Notes under the pieces: generated by a model
What the model was told of the DNA's origin: nothing
The model's database searches: none
What the model saw: the letters and a program-made list of their open reading frames with translations, nothing else
Shown here: positions 20,674 through 31,130 of the stretch, in pieces
Layout: every line of letters starts with the position of its first letter
Position numbering within the stretch: the stretch's first letter is position 1
Position numbers and translations under genes: made by a program
Assembly: GCA_963733375.1 (NCBI GenBank)
Contig: CAVTDB010000003.1
Span: 160,001 to 224,000 of the forward strand
DNA: 64,000 bases
Direction of reading: 5' to 3'
Source: Nitrospirota bacterium
Lineage (GTDB): Bacteria; Nitrospirota; JACRHJ01

Positions 20674-22616
20674 CGACAACCCCTTCGTGCCAGCCACTCC
20701 CGTCACGCCAGTAATGCTGCAGTTTATTATCAGTACGGAGCACAATAACTTCGAGATTAAACCCATAGCTTCCCTCAACCAAAGCGATAACTGCCCACAC
20801 ATCATGGCCGAAGGTGGCGCTTTGACGCCAGAGCATATCGCTGGAGTTAGCACACCACCAATGCTGTACGGTTCCCCCCGAAGTAGCAACACAGAGTTCA
20901 AAGTTTCCTACGGACGTTCTCGTCTTTAGCACCGTATTGTCCTTCAATCATGCAGGGGGGACTACTGACACTACTTCCAAAATTTGCACCTTCCTTCCAT
21001 GCCATACCATGGTCATTATCACGCCGCCAGTGTTGCATCTTTCCGGAGCTCAAAACACATACCAGTTCAAAATTGCCTTTATTATAATAATGGCTTTGTA
21101 TTAGTGTGGCTCCGCTGTGCATTACGTCGCTGGCAAAGCGACCGCCGTCGTGCCAACCCGCCCCATCTCGCCACCAATGATTCAACTTGCTGTCCGCCGT
21201 ACGTACCACGACTTCAAAGTTTCCGGGAGCATTATAATTACTTTGAATAAATCCAGGAACTCCTGCCGCATCGCTTGGACCGAAAATTCCTCCGTCGTTC
21301 CATTTCTGGCTTGACTGATCAAACCACCAATGATGAAGGCGTCCCGAACGTGTTAGATGGACAGACTCAAAATTGCGGTTAAAGGTAGTGCCTATGAATG
21401 TGGGACAGGACTTCAACGTATCATTTCCAAAAAGCGGCCCTTGGTGCCAGGGAAAACCTGTAGCCGAGTTGTCTCTCCACCAATGCCTGATCTGATTGCC
21501 CGGAGCTGCGGTCAACATCTCGAAATTCCGGTGCAAGGCTCCATTACCGCTTTCAATCATGCAGCCACTGTGAATGCGCCTTTTTGTCCATGGATCAGGA
21601 TTTGTACCCTGAAAACCTAACTTAGCGTAGGAATCAATGTCACATTCACCATAGCCGATACGGCCAAAACCACCCTGACCCCATGCAGGCCCCCAGGAGT
21701 TCTTTACAATCCAACAACTTAGAGAATCATCATAGCCGATGATCAACATAAAATGTCCACCCTCGGCTTTGTTAGGGGTAAACCCTATCATGTTTTGTTT
21801 GTGATAAACACCGGTGCCATATGAAAAGAAATCATCCCAGACTTCGATAAAAGTAGTTATGGGTCCGACAGTATCCAGCCATTTTTTCTGGTCAGCAATA
21901 TTACCAATTGGCGTATAATCCGGTATTTTGATCGTGCGGCCTGAGCGATCCGCTGTAGGTGTGTAGGCGACTTGGTCATACGGTCCGCCGCCCGTACCAC
22001 CGCAGCCTGAACATCCCGATGATGTAACAGGCCAAGCAAAGCAACCTGGATCGGCCGCACCATGATCCTTCATCCAGTCCAAAGCAGCGCCAGGGTTGCC
22101 GCAATCACAGCAGTGGCTACCCATACCCTTATGAACATCTCCTTCTGATATCCAGGGCCAAACGCAGTGCTCAATTCGGGCCATTGCTTCCACGAGGGCT
22201 ACCGCAGTGAAACACCAACAAGCCTCACAACCATTCTGATCGCGAAAACTGGTAATCCACGGCCAACCCCACCTGTTGCGCCAATCGAGGCTTGCCGGCA
22301 CTGTGCCTCCCGACGGTAAAATTCCCTCTCCGGGTTCTATTTCAGGCAGAGAACCTAAATGAAACTCTTTTTTGACGACAGATTCAGGAATGATGCCATG
22401 CGCTATCCTACGCTGAAGGATAAAAGGATTATTTGGTTGGATCTTAAAAAGATTTATAAAGTCGATTGGCTTTACATCTACCGATCGTATTAAACCCTCC
22501 TTTAGACCGCCTAGTGTACGTACAGGAATGTCCTGAATATCCAGAAGATTATCATTAACGGACCATCTTGCTTTGTTCTTTTCAAGAGTTTCCCTCAGAT
22601 CTTTTATTTTCGGCAT
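20660..22616 (-). CDS. Papain-family (C1A) cysteine protease with C-terminal Trp-rich repeat domain (frameshift near 20910)
   Basis: SLDWR, DQNGCEACWCF, GGHFMLIIGY, VKNSWG..WG..GF; GNFE.VV...L.HWWRD repeats continue in ORF 20660-20947. Confidence 0.88.
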
Positions 22617-23010
22617 ATTTTGCTCCTATTATTCTGCGTTAGGTTATATTCAATCCTTCCAATTTCAGTTGGACAAGTCTTTCTATCCGTTACCTATTCG
22701 CGCTCGTAACACAATCAAATATGGCCTCCCCCCAGCAAATTCTTCTGGTATAACACTCGACATTTGGTCGCTTTAAGGTGAATGCTGGCAAATATTTACA
22801 GAATCAATAAAATAGCGGAAGGACAAATGCAAGAACAATGCGGCATAGTAGCCTCCGACGCTCAAGATTTTGAGGATATTCTTGAGGATATTTTGTGAAT
22901 GCAGCTTTAACGTTACTTCCATCGATGGAAAGACAATTGTGAAATTAATCTCCGCGCCAGTAAATATTTATATTCGGGATAACAGAACAATTAAATTTTG
23001 TCAATTCTAA

Positions 23011-24586
23011 TTAAACTGGAATTTCAACAATAAATCTGGATCCATTTCCTTCTCCATCCGATTCAGCCCAAATCCTTCCGCCGTTATTTTCTATCATCTG
23101 CTTCCCGACATACAGCCCGAGTCCGGTACCGCCAGTATTGAGACGAGATGTATCCTTGCCCCTTGAGAATTTGGCGAAAAGGTACGGAAGCTCACTCTGT
23201 GGAATTCCGATTCCGGTATCCGAAACAGTGACCCGGATGTTCCCTTTGACCTGTTCAAGATTCAGTTTAACTCCGCCTTTTGGCGTATACTTAATCGCAT
23301 TATCTACAAGATTGGAAATCACCTCCCTAACTTTCAGGCCATCGATAGTGACTTCGGGTAGTGGACTTGCCGGTTTTATATATTCCAAGCCCAGGTTGTG
23401 CTCTTTGGCCTTCAAAGCCAGAGTATCTATGACCTCCTGACAAAGATCCTCCATCTTCCATTTGGCAAATGTGAACTCCATCCTGCCTGATTCAATCCGG
23501 GAGATGTTGAGGAGGTCCTCGACGAGGTTTACTGAGCGGTCGCCGCTATCATATATCTTACTTAAGGCATCACGTAATTGAGATTCGACGTTTCCATAAG
23601 CGCCTTCAAGAGCGAGTGAAGCATATCCCTTAATCGCGGTAAGCGGGGTTTTGAGTTGATGGGAGGCAATGGAAAGAAAATCCGATTTGGCGTTATCCAG
23701 TTTCCGGAGTTTATCATTGGCCTGAGCGAGCCTATTGGACATCAACTGAAGTTCTTCCTTACGCTTTACTTCGCTTAAAACACTCTTTACCATGAAAACG
23801 GATAATAGTGTAAGCACGACAAACATTATAGATTTATAAATTCTCTGTCCTATTGTATCCGCCACAAATATCTCCATTAAGGAAGCGCCTATAATGAAAA
23901 TGGACAATAGTTCAAAAGCGACCACCTTTATATTCATCCATCTATATTGCACTATGGCATAAGTGGTAAACCCCACAAAAATCAAAGAGCATGACACATC
24001 GAAGTTGGTAAATCTTTCATAACCCAAAGCCGGTAGGACCAGAACCAAACATGATGCTGCCCGCTCCATAAAGCAGGAATCCTGTCAGTATTGTCCGGTA
24101 ACGTTTCTTCTCTTCGCCGGAGCTTTTAAAGAAGTGCCCTACCAGCTTAATAAGCGCGAATAAATAAGCGAGTTCAAAGAAGGCCAGGAAGGGGATAAAT
24201 AACGGGCCTGCCTGCTCAGTAGTCCCCGTTATGCGATCAGGCTTGATGTTTGTAATGACCAGATTATTAATGAGCGGGGAAATGATAAATATAGACCCGA
24301 CAAGGCCTGTTAATATCTCTTTGGCTATTTTCCTTTTTGGGTCTAGTAAACCGTATATCCAGAATAATAAGAAAGTTGGGATTAGCGCGGCAGTCGAATA
24401 CGCTAATTCATCATAGAAGGCATGGCCGGTTTTATAGACAAAGAAATCAGCTAACGACCAGATAAAAGTGGAAATGGCAAAGAGGGCAAAAGGGATTTTC
24501 CCTTTTTCTGCCCGGGAATCAAAAATGACGACTATCCCTAGTATCAGGTTTATGATTCCCGTAAATATGATTATATATGCGGTCAT
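23011..24586 (-). CDS. Sensor histidine kinase with multi-TM (7TM-type) input domain (frameshift near 24040)
   Basis: Hydrophobic N-terminal ORF 24017-24586; H-box SIASHQLKTPL, NLVDNAIKY, DTGIG, GTGLGL. Confidence 0.88.
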
Positions 24587-24738
24587 TGATGGAAATAAAT
24601 TTAAGAATACTGAAGCAGGAAATAGAATCGAGCGGAGGAGATAAAATTATTTAAGAAGCTTTTCTCTTACGAAATTATAACACAAAAAAGACCGCCCCGT
24701 AATATGAGCCGGTCAAAGAAATGGACATGCTTTATTGT

Positions 24739-26004
24739 CTATATTCCAAACCTGGCCCCCAAATCAATACAGGCTTCGACAAGCCTTTCGAGTTGGGGTT
24801 GAGTATTGATCGCCATCGGCATGAAACGAATCAGCGCTTCACCTTTCGGCACTGCCGGATATCTTGCAGCAGGCGCAAGTATGCCTCGGTCTTCCAAACC
24901 CTGGGCAATCATCTGAGCCTTTTCTTCATCACCGATCAACCAAGGCACCACGTGGTAATCACCCAGAACTGTAAAGCCCTTAGCTTTCAGCTGGTTCCTG
25001 ATATAAGAGGCATTATTGAGTACAGCCTCGCGTCTCCACGGCTCTTGAGCCGCTACATCAAGAGCTTTGATTGCGGCTGCGGGTATGGAGGGCGGGAGAG
25101 TGGCGGAAAAGACGTAGCCGCGAGAACTGACCCTGAGATATTTGATAAAAGTTTCGCTCCCTACGGTGAAGCCACCTCTCACGCCAAACCCTTTTGAAAA
25201 GGAGCCTACTATAAAATCGACTTTATCCTCGACTCCGAAGTGTTCGGCGGTGCCGCGTCCGTTTTTCCCCAAAACCCCGCTGCCGTGCGCGTCGTCCACC
25301 ATTAGTAAGGCGCCGTACTTCTGGGCCAGTTCAACCAGTTCAGGAAGCGGTGCCAAGTCCGCGGCCATTGAAAAGTATCCGTCGGTCACGATTAGCTTAC
25401 GCTTATGAGAAAACCTCTTCAAATGGCTTTCCAGATGATTCATATCGCAATGCCTGTAAACGTAGAGTCTATCGGGCCTGGCAAGCTTCACCGCGTCAAA
25501 AAGGCTGGCATGATTTAATTTATCAAAAAAGATTGCCGTGCCGCCAGCCAATTCGAACTGTTCAACCATGTGGGGCGGGAAAAGCGAAGCTAGCGGAGGA
25601 TTAATTGCGGTTGTTATTAAGCCCTGGCTGGTTAAGGTTACCGAGTTGAAAAAGATTGCAGATTCGGATCCCATAAACTTAGCTATTGCTTCTTCGGCTG
25701 CGGCATGAATATCGGTATATCCGGAGATAATTCCAGAGCTTGTTGTGCCAACCCCATATTTATCGATTGCGTCTATTGCCGCTTTCTTCATGACGGGATG
25801 ATTAGACAATCCCAGATAGCTACAGCTGCAAAACTGTAGCATCTTTTTGCCGCCGACGTATATTTCTTCCGCAGCTGGTGATCCGTTTATCGTCCTGATA
25901 ACCGGATAAACACCCATAACAGCATCGGCCAGCTTTTTGGTAGCCGAGAAAGGATCAAACCCTTGTTTCTTTTCGGACCCCATTACGTCTTGTGCTCTTG
26001 ACAA
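24739..26004 (-). CDS. PLP-dependent alpha-oxoamine synthase (AONS/BioF/CqsA family)
   Basis: SYLGL, LNHASL.D, TDGYFSM, DDAHG.G, SFSKGFG (PLP Lys), VFSATLPP. Confidence 0.9.
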   Translation of the reverse strand: MSRAQDVMGSEKKQGFDPFSATKKLADAVMGVYPVIRTINGSPAAEEIYVGGKKMLQFCSCSYLGLSNHPVMKKAAIDAIDKYGVGTTSSGIISGYTDIHAAAEEAIAKFMGSESAIFFNSVTLTSQGLITTAINPPLASLFPPHMVEQFELAGGTAIFFDKLNHASLFDAVKLARPDRLYVYRHCDMNHLESHLKRFSHKRKLIVTDGYFSMAADLAPLPELVELAQKYGALLMVDDAHGSGVLGKNGRGTAEHFGVEDKVDFIVGSFSKGFGVRGGFTVGSETFIKYLRVSSRGYVFSATLPPSIPAAAIKALDVAAQEPWRREAVLNNASYIRNQLKAKGFTVLGDYHVVPWLIGDEEKAQMIAQGLEDRGILAPAARYPAVPKGEALIRFMPMAINTQPQLERLVEACIDLGARFGI

Positions 26005-26094
26005 TTCTCTACCCCTAATTATGATGAAGAAAACGCACTGAGCCTCTCTTTACAAAGCGGAGCTTAAAACAAGGGAGGCGGTGTAACCTATGAA

Positions 26095-26853
26095 ATGCAA
26101 AGCAAAAAAAAGAAAAAAGTTGTGGCGTATTGCAGGGTATCAACTTTAGAGCAGAAGAAAAAAGGGCATGGGATAGACATCCAGATTAGGGACGCTACTT
26201 TATTTGCAGAGAGGCATGGTTTATTGATTGAGAAATTCTACAGAGATGAGGGCGAGAGCGGCGTAAAGGAAGAGCGGAAGGCTTTAAAGCTATTGATGCG
26301 GGCTTGTAGGAATAACAGGATTGAGACGATTATCCTGCCGTCGCTCGACCGGCTCTCAAGGGAGGTCAGGATCGCCGAGAACATCTTTCATGAGCTTAAA
26401 AACCTGGGAGTGAAGGTTCTGATAGCTGACATGCCCTACTATAACGGAGAGCGCAAGGACATCCTGATTCGGCAGATTTTAGAGGCGATCGCTGAAGAAA
26501 ACAGAAGAGACATCATCGAACGGCTCTGGAAAGGACGGCAGGAAAGGACGAGGAAGGGCCTCTTCCCAGGCGGAAATCTGCCCTATGGCTATGTCCGAAA
26601 GAATAAGAAAATTTTAGTCCACCCTCACGAGGCCGATATTGTGAATCAAATTTATGCCTCGGCTTCTCACGGACTCTCAGGCGGGGCCATAGCGGATCGT
26701 TTAAATCAGTTTGGATACAGAAGAAGAAACGGCAAACCATGGACTCAGCGGCAGGTATGTCGAATACTGCACCACGTACGGATTTATCAAGGAGGATTAG
26801 TGCACTATGGAGAGGTTTTTGGAAGAATTAATTCCGCGGCTATTTTAGTTTAG
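26095..26853 (+). CDS. Serine recombinase (catalytic plus recombinase domain, short form)
   Basis: YCRVST..Q, SG..R, LDRLSR, PYGY, IADRLN..G...R.GKPW. Confidence 0.9.
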   Translation: MQSKKKKKVVAYCRVSTLEQKKKGHGIDIQIRDATLFAERHGLLIEKFYRDEGESGVKEERKALKLLMRACRNNRIETIILPSLDRLSREVRIAENIFHELKNLGVKVLIADMPYYNGERKDILIRQILEAIAEENRRDIIERLWKGRQERTRKGLFPGGNLPYGYVRKNKKILVHPHEADIVNQIYASASHGLSGGAIADRLNQFGYRRRNGKPWTQRQVCRILHHVRIYQGGLVHYGEVFGRINSAAILV

Positions 26854-26996
26854 CACTTAAAATTAAGAGCCTGTGCTGCGTTTGGGTTGTTGGTATACTG
26901 CTTATCCTTTATTTGAGTTATTCCAAGAGTTGTGGTAGAGTCAAATGTAGATATAGCCCTTATCCAAAGCTTACTTTTACTCTTGCGAGGGCTTTT

Positions 26997-27178
26997 ATGG
27001 CATCCTCACCCGCAAATTTTAAAATCATAGCAGATAACTCACAGACGTTGATAACTTGGAGCCTGACAGCTGTCGGGGGATCCATAGCCGCCATTGTCGG
27101 AACCTCATACCACAGCCCTGAACAATGTACGTATTGGCGTCTTATATATCTGCTCTTTATTCCAGGATGGATTTTCCT
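26997..27178 (+). pseudogene. Membrane protein gene truncated by element C
   Basis: MASSPANF...LITWSLTAVGGSIAAIV...LLFIPGWIFL runs into the TGTAG end of element C. Confidence 0.5.
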
Positions 27179-27248
27179 TGTAGCGCACCAAAATCTGTGT
27201 CAGTAAAGCCACATTATTTGTCAGTGTGATAGCCGAGATATTTGTCAG
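27179..27248 (+). repeat. End of element C with three transposase-binding-like TGTCAG sites
   Basis: TGTCAG at 27198, 27219 and 27243 (the latter two as TATTTGTCAG); the same 10-mer is inverted at 34791-34800. Confidence 0.8.
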
Positions 27249-27372
27249 AAATACTTCTCAAAGCTAACACCAAATTCTCAAATCATTTGGGAAATAATAT
27301 CACAAGGCGGGGCTTTAAAAAAGGTTTTAAAGGGGCCGAAAAGCCTCCTTTAAAACCTTTTTTAAACGGGGT

Positions 27373-28431
27373 TTATTCTACTCTTTTGCTGTATTTCTTG
27401 AAACTTTCAGCCGATATTCCGAAGCCCTTATTAACTTCCTGTTGTGTTGATCCGGCGATCAGGTTGGACTCAGGCAAGCGGCTCGCGCCGAACTCCCTGA
27501 GGGACACCACCACCGGCGCGACGGCGATAAAAGACTTTAACGCCTCTAAATCCTTCCCGGCCAGGTCGTCAGCCCAGGGACGCATAGCGGGCGTTATTTT
27601 ACCGGCCTGCATAGCCTCCTGTATGACGTTTTCAGTGTCCCGCACAACTATCTCTCTCCTTAGCTGTTCAAGTTCGCCCTGGGCCTCCTGTGCGTTCTCT
27701 TTATGCGCCTGTATTGTAGACGGAGGCCCGTTCTTGTCGATGCACTTTTTCCATGCGGCCTCTATCTTGTCCATGATTTCCTTTTGCTGCTCAGGAGTAT
27801 AAGCGGCGGCGTCTTCCTGGCGGTTGATGGAATCCCAAGCCGCCCGCACCCGCTCCGGGTCCAATTTGCCGCCCTTCTTTAACGGGTATCTGGGCATTCT
27901 GTCCGACTGATACCCCATATCAGCGTATCCGGCCTCTTTGTGCGTCCCGTACTCGCCTTTTGGGGGAGTATCATCAACACCCTCTTTGTTGACGACGGGG
28001 ATCATGCCGTCAATCGCGGGCGCATTTGTTAAGGCGGCGTTCACGAATTCAATAACCCGGCCTGTAGCCTTTTTTACGAAAACGACCGGAGAGAGATAAC
28101 GGTATTCGCGGTTTTTAAGATACTCCCGCGCCTTCTCGGTCCATTCCACGGTAGCCCAAATGCCGCCTTCCTTGCCGTCGCCCCTATCTTCAAGCCCCTT
28201 TATCCAACCCGCAGCCGGGGCCTGTGTCCCCGCTAAGGTTTGGTGTTCATAGTCAATCACCGTGTCATTTTGAAGCGCCGAATATTTAGCAAGAACCTCT
28301 TTCCTTGATTCGGCGTCCACCAGCATCTCAGGCTTCCCTTTCGGAGAGATTTTACCGCCCGGAAGAACCTGTATAAAGGTCGGAATCCCCTGTAAATCCG
28401 CACCAACTGAAAATGCTACTTTCTCCTTCAC
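27373..28431 (-). CDS. Mu gpI-like prohead protease/scaffold
   Basis: VIDYEHQTL, AAGWI, VEWT..A...L...EYRYLSPV, AALTNAPAIDGM, GKITPAMRPWA. Confidence 0.9.
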   Translation of the reverse strand: MKEKVAFSVGADLQGIPTFIQVLPGGKISPKGKPEMLVDAESRKEVLAKYSALQNDTVIDYEHQTLAGTQAPAAGWIKGLEDRGDGKEGGIWATVEWTEKAREYLKNREYRYLSPVVFVKKATGRVIEFVNAALTNAPAIDGMIPVVNKEGVDDTPPKGEYGTHKEAGYADMGYQSDRMPRYPLKKGGKLDPERVRAAWDSINRQEDAAAYTPEQQKEIMDKIEAAWKKCIDKNGPPSTIQAHKENAQEAQGELEQLRREIVVRDTENVIQEAMQAGKITPAMRPWADDLAGKDLEALKSFIAVAPVVVSLREFGASRLPESNLIAGSTQQEVNKGFGISAESFKKYSKRVE

Positions 28432-28447
28432 TTAAACCTCCTATTCA

Positions 28448-28999
28448 TCACACCCCCTTCAACAAAAAGTCTTCAAGCTCTTCACCAATCTCCCGCCAGT
28501 CCTCGTCCTGGACAACCAGGAAGGGCCTGGCGGGGATGGTTACCTTTTTGCCGCGCCCAGCCTTGCCGCCGAAGTTCTGAATCGCGGCGTATTTTTTATC
28601 CGACCCGACCACAATACCGCCGTCACTTGCCCTAACAACAATATCATCTGAGAGTTGCCCCGACTTAATGAGGATTTTGCGCCTCTTGCGTATCTCTTCG
28701 GGGCTCATGCCTTTCTGATAGCCGCCGCTCTTCTTTAGGACGCCGCCTTGGCCGTACTTATTTTTCCCCGCGTACAGCGACGCTACTGAAAGTTCTTTCC
28801 ACTTCTCGTTGCCGCCTTTCGCGCTGCCCGGCTCCGAGTACCGGCCCCCGACCTCGAAGTTTTTTATGACGGAGGTCCTGACCGTCTCGCCCATTTTCTT
28901 AAAAGCGGGCAGGAGCTTGCCCGTGCGGCGTCCAATTTCGAGGAGTTTTTTAATTCCCGTATCGTCTATTTCGACCTTTAACGGCTCAAATCCCGACAT
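28448..28999 (-). CDS. Mu gpG-like virion morphogenesis protein
   Basis: KILIKSGQL, VGSDKKYAAIQNFGG, IPARPFL. Confidence 0.88.
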   Translation of the reverse strand: MSGFEPLKVEIDDTGIKKLLEIGRRTGKLLPAFKKMGETVRTSVIKNFEVGGRYSEPGSAKGGNEKWKELSVASLYAGKNKYGQGGVLKKSGGYQKGMSPEEIRKRRKILIKSGQLSDDIVVRASDGGIVVGSDKKYAAIQNFGGKAGRGKKVTIPARPFLVVQDEDWREIGEELEDFLLKGV

Positions 29000-29063
29000 G
29001 ATCTCCTCTCCCTCTGTAAAAATTCCATTTTTAAGTGCCCCTTAAACGCTGGTGCTGCCCTCT

Positions 29064-29101
29064 CTCCCCCGGAGGGCTACATTCGTAGCCCTCCGGGGGA
29101 G
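29064..29101. terminator. 17-bp perfect hairpin after the capsid gene
   Basis: CTCCCCCGGAGGGCTAC-ATTC-GTAGCCCTCCGGGGGAG; no clear T tail, so possibly an mRNA stabiliser. Confidence 0.55.
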
Positions 29102-29136
29102 TCGGCGCAACGGGCGAGAAGGGTCCCCGGTGCGGC

Positions 29137-30027
29137 CTATTGAGTGCCGTCGCTGCCGTATGCTAACTGCCAAAGGCCATAGCCCGCGTTATCGCGGCTG
29201 TCCACGCCGAACTTGTACTCTTTCTTCATAAACACGGAATCTTCATCCGGGCGGTTGATCATTGTCACCACCGGCGCTTTGCGCTGCTGGAATACGAGCG
29301 CCTTAACCGCCTTCTTGCTATCTAAGAGATACCAGGCGGTCGGACTGGCGGACAGGCCGGGAACCACCAAAAGTTCGGCGCTGCCCTTCCATTGATTTGA
29401 TGTTGCGTCGATCAAGTCGTTATGGAGGAGAATGCGGCCAACCTCCTCAAGTTGCGGCGGCACGGCGAGAAGATCGGGCACGATGTTTAATATCTTTCCC
29501 TGGTCATCCTTCAAGGACATCATCTGCGACCTGGCAAGCGCATAACTGTTTGAGGCGAGGATGCCGTGGCCGAGATTCGATTGTATCGCGCCATCGAGGC
29601 CATAAGGGTGTGCAGCGGTGAAAAAGGGTAGGCCGTCGTAACATAAGCCTGTGAAACCGCCAAGGAGAAGCTCATATAAAAGCTCGTCCGGGTGGTATTT
29701 CGCGGCCTCTGCCATTGAAGCCACAAGCGGCTTATATACGCCATACCTGTCGTCTTCAATGTCATTCCTGTCGATCGCGACGGTTGATTCCCAGTCCCGG
29801 TTCTTTATGCTGTAGTCATACAGCTTCATGTTAGCCAGGACCCTTTCACCTATCCATTCCCGCATCCTGGGGAACCTGCCGAGCCATGCGTAAATTTCTT
29901 CCCGCGTGGCAGAGGGAACCGTCGTGGCGAGCTTATTTAAGACGCTGGGCGTCGTCTCAAACACCTCATTAAAGATCGTTGCGACACTTTGGTAAACGAT
30001 CTGCAAATTCGCCTGATTGATAATCAT
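29137..30027 (-). CDS. Mu gpT-like major capsid protein
   Basis: YAWLGRFPRMREWIGER, IKNRDWESTVAIDRNDIEDD, CYDGLPFF, FGVDSRDNAGYGLWQLAYGS. Confidence 0.93.
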   Translation of the reverse strand: MIINQANLQIVYQSVATIFNEVFETTPSVLNKLATTVPSATREEIYAWLGRFPRMREWIGERVLANMKLYDYSIKNRDWESTVAIDRNDIEDDRYGVYKPLVASMAEAAKYHPDELLYELLLGGFTGLCYDGLPFFTAAHPYGLDGAIQSNLGHGILASNSYALARSQMMSLKDDQGKILNIVPDLLAVPPQLEEVGRILLHNDLIDATSNQWKGSAELLVVPGLSASPTAWYLLDSKKAVKALVFQQRKAPVVTMINRPDEDSVFMKKEYKFGVDSRDNAGYGLWQLAYGSDGTQ

Positions 30028-30040
30028 ACTTCTCTGCCTC

Positions 30041-30313
30041 CTATTGAGATTGTTTTTGCCGCATTATTGCGGAACCTTCACGCCGTCTTTCATAAGCTTC
30101 TTTATAAAGCCTAAAAAGCTCTTCCTCTTCATAGCCCAATTTAGTAATAGCAACTGCCAATTTTTCATAGGTAGAAAACTGCGGCACGGCCCCATGTTCT
30201 ATATCGCTCAACGTCTGGTTAGAAAAATTGAAACGCTTCTCAAAGTCCACGATTGTCAGCCCCGCCCGGAGACGAGCTTCAAGGATATATTTTGCCAGGG
30301 TGGAAGCTTTCAT
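30041..30313 (-). CDS. XRE-type HTH protein
   Basis: ARLRAGLT...FSNQTLSDIEHG..P. Confidence 0.7.
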   Translation of the reverse strand: MKASTLAKYILEARLRAGLTIVDFEKRFNFSNQTLSDIEHGAVPQFSTYEKLAVAITKLGYEEEELFRLYKEAYERRREGSAIMRQKQSQ

Positions 30314-30591
30314 TTCGGGGGCCTTTTGATTCCCTTCACGACGTAATTAATCCAGCGAGTAGTTTTTTCATATTTCCTTGCTAATTTTCTCACGTCCGCC
30401 CCTGTGCTGAATTCTTCTCTAATGCTCCTGTTTCTTGCCCTTGCCGTGCAACGCTTAAAAATCGGAACATACATGGCAGTACCGCCTATTTTTTCGCAAA
30501 GCTGTACCGCCATATCCAGCCCGATCACGTCCGCCACCCTTAAATAATAGTCAGGGAAATCTTCTATCTTTATTTCTTCTTTAAGGTCCAT
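30310..30591 (-). CDS. Mor/C-family transcription activator
   Basis: IGGTAMYVP...RNRSIREEF..G..VRKLARKY..T.RWI. Confidence 0.85.
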   Translation of the reverse strand: MDLKEEIKIEDFPDYYLRVADVIGLDMAVQLCEKIGGTAMYVPIFKRCTARARNRSIREEFSTGADVRKLARKYEKTTRWINYVVKGIKRPPK

Positions 30592-30694
30592 TAAATTGCT
30601 CCCTTAAGTTTAGGGCCGGACCCGATAGACGGTGCGGGTCCGGCCCCCATTGCCAGGGGAGAGAGGAGGAAGTCCCCGGCAAATTATAAATCAC

Positions 30695-31060
30695 TCAAAC
30701 TTCCCCCGATGAAACTAACATTTCCGATATCTCTACAAGGCGCTTTATCTGGTCCTCCAAAAGATAAGCGATACCTGTTAATCGTCGGATATTGAAATTT
30801 TGCGTCTCTCCAAGGGCAAGTAGAGATTCAGTAATTCCCTCAAGCCGGAAAGTGACATTATCAATTTCATCACGCTGATCTGCCGCTATGGGAAAAAGCT
30901 CTCGAAGCGTTTTAGCCGTTGGAGTAATCTTAAGCTTCGGCGTTAAAGACCTGCTTCTTTTCTCAATCTCCTTGCCTATAGTCTGAATTAAGCTTGTCAG
31001 CTTTTTATCACTCGCAGTGCTGATTTCATGTTTAAACTCGCGGCCCATTGTCTCCCCCAC
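30695..31060 (-). CDS. Hypothetical protein (element C)
   Basis: 121 aa ORF co-oriented in the operon. Confidence 0.55.
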   Translation of the reverse strand: MGETMGREFKHEISTASDKKLTSLIQTIGKEIEKRSRSLTPKLKITPTAKTLRELFPIAADQRDEIDNVTFRLEGITESLLALGETQNFNIRRLTGIAYLLEDQIKRLVEISEMLVSSGEV

Positions 31061-31130
31061 TCTAAACCTCGTTTAAAAGGCGTTTAAAAGCCTCTGCGCG
31101 GTCCTTAAAACGCAACCGCCTCCCTTACCC

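Noticed and set aside
24739-26004. bioF assignment
   Set aside because: No biotin operon context; the family also includes CqsA, SPT and KBL
26095-26853. Serine recombinase as the island integrase
   Set aside because: Short, internal and lacking the large-integrase C-terminal domain; the att architecture is tyrosine-type. Not formally excluded
27242-27802. 186-aa plus-strand ORF and other long antisense ORFs (e.g. 35143-35793, 48692-49312, 54950-55615, 60092-60916)
   Set aside because: Shadow frames of well-supported genes with no recognisable motifs
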